Both the position numbers and the translations under genes were made by a program. Source: Tubiluchus corallicola (lineage: Eukaryota; Animalia; Priapulida). Taken from it: 64,000 nucleotides of DNA. The DNA lies in NCBI GenBank assembly GCA_030141605.1, contig JAQGDQ010000731.1, positions 1 through 64,000 of the forward strand, in the 5' to 3' direction. The notes under the pieces are model-generated. The model did not search any database and had not been told where the DNA came from. It saw nothing but the letters and a program-made list of their open reading frames with translations. Positions 58,646 to 64,000 of the stretch are shown piece after piece (within the stretch, counting starts at the first letter, position 1; each line of letters opens with the position of its first letter).

Positions 58646-61600
58646 GCATATATTTATGCATGCAGATACTACGCACTTATACTCATGTATGCACACACTC
58701 ACCGCTTCATATGAGTCTGCATGCATGTGATTTATGTGTGTGCGTAAATTTGTGTGTGTGATAATTATAGTAATAAATCGTCATACATATTAATACATTC
58801 AAAACTTCCATGTCATAATTACAGGTGTATTTTTTAACAAAGGATTAGAAAGATCTAAATGTCGTTTATTTATTAAAAAGATGCAGCTTTACAGATTGTG
58901 TGCGGTTATCAATTGATATGCCAATTATGCCGATGATTTTTTATAAACATGTCCCCAATTTCTTCACATTAGAGAAACTTACCCGTCCAGTGTTACACCT
59001 AATTTCACACGTATTTTTAGTGAAATTTCACTTTTTTAATACAAAGCGAGTTTATTGGCAGTTTGTATTATACCTTATTGCTTTCAGATGTTTATTTGGG
59101 GTTTGTTTGCTGTTTTTAAAAAAATTAATGAGTCTGGTAGCAAAGGCACAAAAAATTTTGCACATCAACGCATTAATAATCAATAAGACGCGAACATCCT
59201 ACACAGTGTTCATTGATAAATATTTATCTAACGCAAACCCTGAAGTAGCTTTTGCTGTAACAAACTTAAAGCCTGAATACAAGAGAATGATGCTAGAACC
59301 ATGCAATCGTGTAGCTTCTAAGCGAGAATCGCCCAAAATGGAACCTCCAATTAACTTGTTACCACTCCTCTTGGTGAAAGTGCCCAAACATGTGACCGAC
59401 ATTATCGTGTAGCCCTGTTTTCGTCTTTCCAAAGAACTAAATACATCCGTGTGTCCCACCATGCGCTGCTATAACTTTTTCTTGCAGGCTGCTTGGTTAA
59501 GATTTAAAAATAAATCGAAAGGCGTGTCCAAAAAACACCCTTGTTCAGGAAACCGTGGCCCTCCTGCGAGTTCTAACTGTAACACCCACCGTTAAACGGG
59601 CTACCCAACCATTTCCGACTACCAGCAATACGACCCATTCCTGATCTACAGAAATACAGTTATAAGTTTTGCAAAAAAACGGACAAAAAGGGCCATTTGG
59701 GTGGAGGGGGTGTTCGCTCTAGGGCCCCAATTCGAACAAAGACTTGCGGCTTCAATGAGATGAGGCGACACTAGAGTCAGGTTCTTTCATTTGATACATA
59801 GATAACTGAAAATGGTGCAGCAGTTAGAGCTGTAGCCTCGAGTCTTATATATACATGCATATATATTATATTGTATTCCCCTGCCAGTATTACACTATCC
59901 CCTGCAGTACAATATTAATGCATAATCCAGAAAACAATTAAGCTGAAAGAAAATAAAAATGGACTAATTTATTTAATTTAACAAAAATCTCTTGAAATTC
60001 AGGCTTACATTTCGTAATGTGACGCAAGTTAGTAGCTTACAAATAACGTTTTCTCATTATCTCCTTATACGACCTTGGTAATCCAATCAGTATCACTTGG
60101 TTGAAGACATGACAGAATGAAGTTGATATATTTCTTATGCATTTTTTTGAGATTCATTGAATTTTTAGACTTGATAAAGTAGACTCCCGAAGAGTGAGAT
60201 CAAATTCAACAAATTAAAATCAGAATTGTACTACATTCTTCAATTTCATTAAAATGTCTAGATATTCTTTAACTCTTTACAGGTAAACTCTTCATATTTA
60301 AAAAAAAACTGCAAGTTCAATTATCTGGCTAATAATTGACTCCAGATAGCAGCTGGTTGGACGTTTTTCAGCAAAACTACACTTGCCCTTCAGAATTGGC
60401 CAGGAATAACTTCGTGAAAAATTTTGCAAATGTTTGTTGTATTCTGTTTCAGTAATAGAAACAAAATTGTTGCATTTTACTTCAGTAATGGAGACTAAAT
60501 CACTGCCATGTTTCTTGCATTTTACTTCAGTAGTAAAGACAACATTACTACCATGTTTTCCAATAATATTTTAATCCAGTAAAAAACTTAGGATTGTAAG
60601 TACATCTGGTATGTCTTTCCCTCAAAAAACTAATGTCGCTTTTCCCACAAATAATGTAAATTGCCCAATGAGATTAAATTTAGTGAATTAAAATTTGTCA
60701 TTTTGCTGAATCTTATGCCATTCATGTATTTTATAAGAATTAGTCTACCATGGTTATTACTTACAAAGCCACCAATACGTCCTGGGTGATGTGCACAGAT
60801 GAAAATCCTTTGGTCATAGGAGCTGCAATTACCCCGATCAGTAACTACGAAGTAAGCCTTCTTCAACCGATCTTGTAGTTCGTTTGGTCTGTCTGAAATA
60901 TTCGTATTGGTGTCAGCTACATTTCCCTACTGCTAATGTAGTTCAATTCAATCTGCCTAATAGAGTACGACTAATAAAAGCAGCAAATGTGAAGACAAAA
61001 CAGCTCTCTGTGAATCATAACACCTGGAGGATGACAAATTCTAAAGCACTAACATTAGTTTTCACAAGAAATTTATCTATTTGATTAATTTCAAGTCTTT
61101 GAAAAGTTAAATTATAAGAAACATTGCCCACCACTCCATATATCTGTTCCCCCACCCTACAAGAGTAATTACTCGGTTTAAGTAACTAATTCTGTCAGAT
61201 GTGGGCATTTGAGCAGGTCGAATATATTCGCTGAACACAACAGGCCGATTTAATCGTATAAGAGCAAAGTCATGATGTTCTTCATGCAGTTTGTAAAAGT
61301 GAACCTGCAATAACAAAAACAAATAAAATTTAGAGACACTTGCATGTACTTCAATCTGGCCTGACATGAGATATCAGAAAATATTACTAAATATCAAATC
61401 CAGGCCTAAGTGACTGCATCGAAATTGGGGATGGGGGTGCAAGAACATCCATCATTAAACTGCTGTTTGGTGCCTCGTAAAGAAACCTAAACCCTAGCAC
61501 AACTTAACCTGTGAAACATTATTTGCATTGTTTGTAAGCCCTAGAGTAACTAATTAAATGGGCAGGATTTTCTAGAGGACTAAAAACATAGAAATAACCA

Positions 61601-63540
61601 GAAAATTGTCCCCATGGAAATTCAGCATGACCTGACTGCAGATGTCACTCCAAAGTACAGAAAGCGAAGCCTGTCTCTATATAATGCATTCCCAAACTTG
61701 TGTAGACGTCAACGTCAGAATGAAAACTAGATAGAAACAAAGGGTGTGTTAATTCTAGCCCATGAGAGTCGAGATATATGTAGAAATTAGTTTCTACTTC
61801 CTTCCTACAGAAACGTTTGCTAGATTACAAGGAAAATATTACCATCATGGTACATGTGGTGTTGACAGCCAAAGATACATATCTCAACAAATGACATCAA
61901 GATGTTACTAAACCCTTTATATTATAGTATGTGATGGAAGATAAAACTTACATAGCGTTCATCTCTTGCGTGATTTAAATGGATGCTCCCAAGAAATACC
62001 GTAATGTGTGGCCCTGGTGCTATGTGACTGCAAAATAATTATAACTGCTTGTAAGCAATTGCAAACCTCATATTTTAAATACTTCAACTCAACTACATTT
62101 GCATCTTAGATTTCTCACTCTGAAAAACCATAAGGCCTGAATTGGTACAAGTAATAAACTTAGTAACTGAAAACACCTTGTACAAAAGCGACCACTAGAA
62201 TATTGATTACTGGGGGAAGCAGTATGACGTACACACACTTGTGTACACGTCTCTGGTATTTTTTGTGTGACTTTAATTGCTATTATGCTAATGGTAACCG
62301 AAATAAAAATCTATACAAATGAAAAGACTATATATGAAAAGACTCAAACTGTCTACAGAAATATAACTTATTTTAAGCATCTGCTTGGCAACATTACAGT
62401 GGATACTTACTCTCTAAAAGTGTGAGCTACTGTTAGAACATGTCTGTCATCGATAAGCACTCCTCCAGCAACAACGGGAATACCAGGAAAATCTGGGAAA
62501 GGAGGACGAAGTAACCTGACCTTCAAAAATGCACAATTGTTACTACACACTGAGAGCTTACGGGTTGCATTTCTGCATCAACAAAAGACGTTAGTTAATT
62601 CCTTCCCGACGGGCACATACATTTACCCATTATCTGTGACGGGCAAAAACAGCGCCTTATTAGCTTTCGACTCTCCAAATTCAATAAAATTTGGAAAAGA
62701 AACGACTAACGTACAAGTAACTAATATCAAAACAAAATCAGTTTCTTCCTTTTCTAAATTTAAATAAGTTGTTTTGCAAACTAATGAATAAAAATTTTGC
62801 TTTGCACTTCTGCAGTAACTCGGGATAGAATCGACGTTCATTTGCTCAGGCTATTATTAGGACCCCGAGGTAATTTTTGCGACACCTGGGAGTGTATTCA
62901 CAGAATGTAACGGCAGCTTGTGTTGTTCAGTTTTGTAAGCTGACTTGGTGTTTTTTTTTGCATAATCAACTCACAGCCAATCATTAAAGCTTATCAGCGA
63001 TTGAAATGCCTAGAAACTATAAGTTTATTACCTTATAACTAGTATGCATTTATTTGTGGTATGTTATTACATGAAAAATTGCATGCATTGTATGCGCTTT
63101 TTTTAAATTTAGAAAGATTTCACGATATGATCAGACTAGAATTATAGTTGATTTCGCAGAATGGGACAGTAACCAAATTGTTACTGTTCCATTCTGTACT
63201 TTTCAACTGATAGCTGTCAGACTTCGTCTTTCCACCAGTGAAAAATCTGTGCAAAATCGTGACTTAGTTTTTGTCATAAGAACTTCTCAATGCACTTTTT
63301 AAAATCACAAAGAAAATAGTCCTTTGCACTAGTAACTTCAAGATTGTCATTACTTTAATCCTTAAATTTGATTTTAAAAAATTGTAATACCATTCTAGCA
63401 TTTCATTGAAATGAAGCAAAATAAAAAAAACTGCAAAAAGTTACTTTTTGAACTACAAGAAATTTGAACACAAACCATAAATGGAAATTCTCCTTCTTCA
63501 GCATTTTCTCCACCATGAAGTCTCGGTTCAACCAGCAGCT
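58248..63540 (-). CDS. S1A serine protease paralogue (gene B), 5' end outside window. Exons (minus): 63540-63476, 62520-62411, 62027-61952, 61304 to about 61135, about 60890-60765, 58547-58248
   Basis: Same intron positions as gene A. Encodes LLVEPR|LHGGENAEEGEFPFM; VVAGGVLIDDRHVLTVAHT; VFLGS; HDFALIRLNRPV..VGWG; ICAHHP; GDSGAP..RISYYLTWI and the hydrophobic tail AISIITILSTSFLMIK*. The junction between about 61135 and about 60890 is uncertain. Confidence 0.85.
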
Positions 63541-64000
63541 CTGTAACAAGTATTGTTTTCTACTTTAAAAATAATAACAAAAAAGCAAATTTCAACTTTT
63601 TACTATCAGTTTGCTTTGTAAAAAGTCGTTGATTACGTGTCCATGAAGCCATATTAGACGATATTCGTTCCATGTTGCAAGGTTTATAATGTTGTAGTGG
63701 GTGCATAGGTCATTTTTTGGCTTTAATTTAGTTTTCAATTACTGCCACGGTGCTGCCACCTGTTTGTTTATTTAGTTGGTAGTTAGCTTATAACAGTAGT
63801 CACTCTTTTAAAATTGAATCACCTAATGTCCTTCAATACATTTTGGCCTTTCGTGAACTATTAGTAGTAGTTATATGACATTTTACCCGCCTTATTGTTC
63901 TCTCTGCCATTGCTCTATTTCCCTGACTGTGATGAGCATTATGAATGTGAATTTCTTACGAATTTATTGTTGTGACATTGCTGTTCTTAAGGCAACTTGG

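Noticed and set aside
58900-59500. 170-aa ORF inside a protease B intron as a nested gene
   Set aside because: GTG start and no recognisable domain; at most a decayed retroelement ORF1 remnant (PTMRCYN after the stop), which I cannot support.

Overview
AT-rich, intron-containing animal (probably invertebrate) genomic DNA, not prokaryotic. It holds a cluster of six tandem C2H2 zinc-finger (ZNF) genes, each with one long coding exon: 27, 22, 8, 14, 8 and 9 fingers. None shows a recognisable KRAB, SCAN, BTB, ZAD or SET domain. Five have acidic N-termini with repeated psi-K-x-E (SUMO-acceptor-like) motifs. The first two ZNF genes are a recent tandem duplication (about 8 kb period) whose finger arrays have been shuffled, and copy 1 has a pseudogenised tail. 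The ORF track misses two convergent multi-exon S1A (chymotrypsin-fold) serine protease paralogues, which I rebuilt from splice sites. Gene A (+, 37195-50360) has a signal peptide, EGF exon(s), an intact His/Asp/Ser triad and a hydrophobic tail. Gene B (-, 58248 to beyond 63540) keeps the triad but has lost both cysteines of the C42-C58 and C191-C220 disulfides. The rest is transposon debris (tRNA-SINE, CR1/L2- and RTE-type LINE fragments, MITEs) and many minisatellites, several visibly derived from neighbouring exon, splice-site or transposon sequence. Exon boundaries and all functional statements are manual inferences; no database searches were run.
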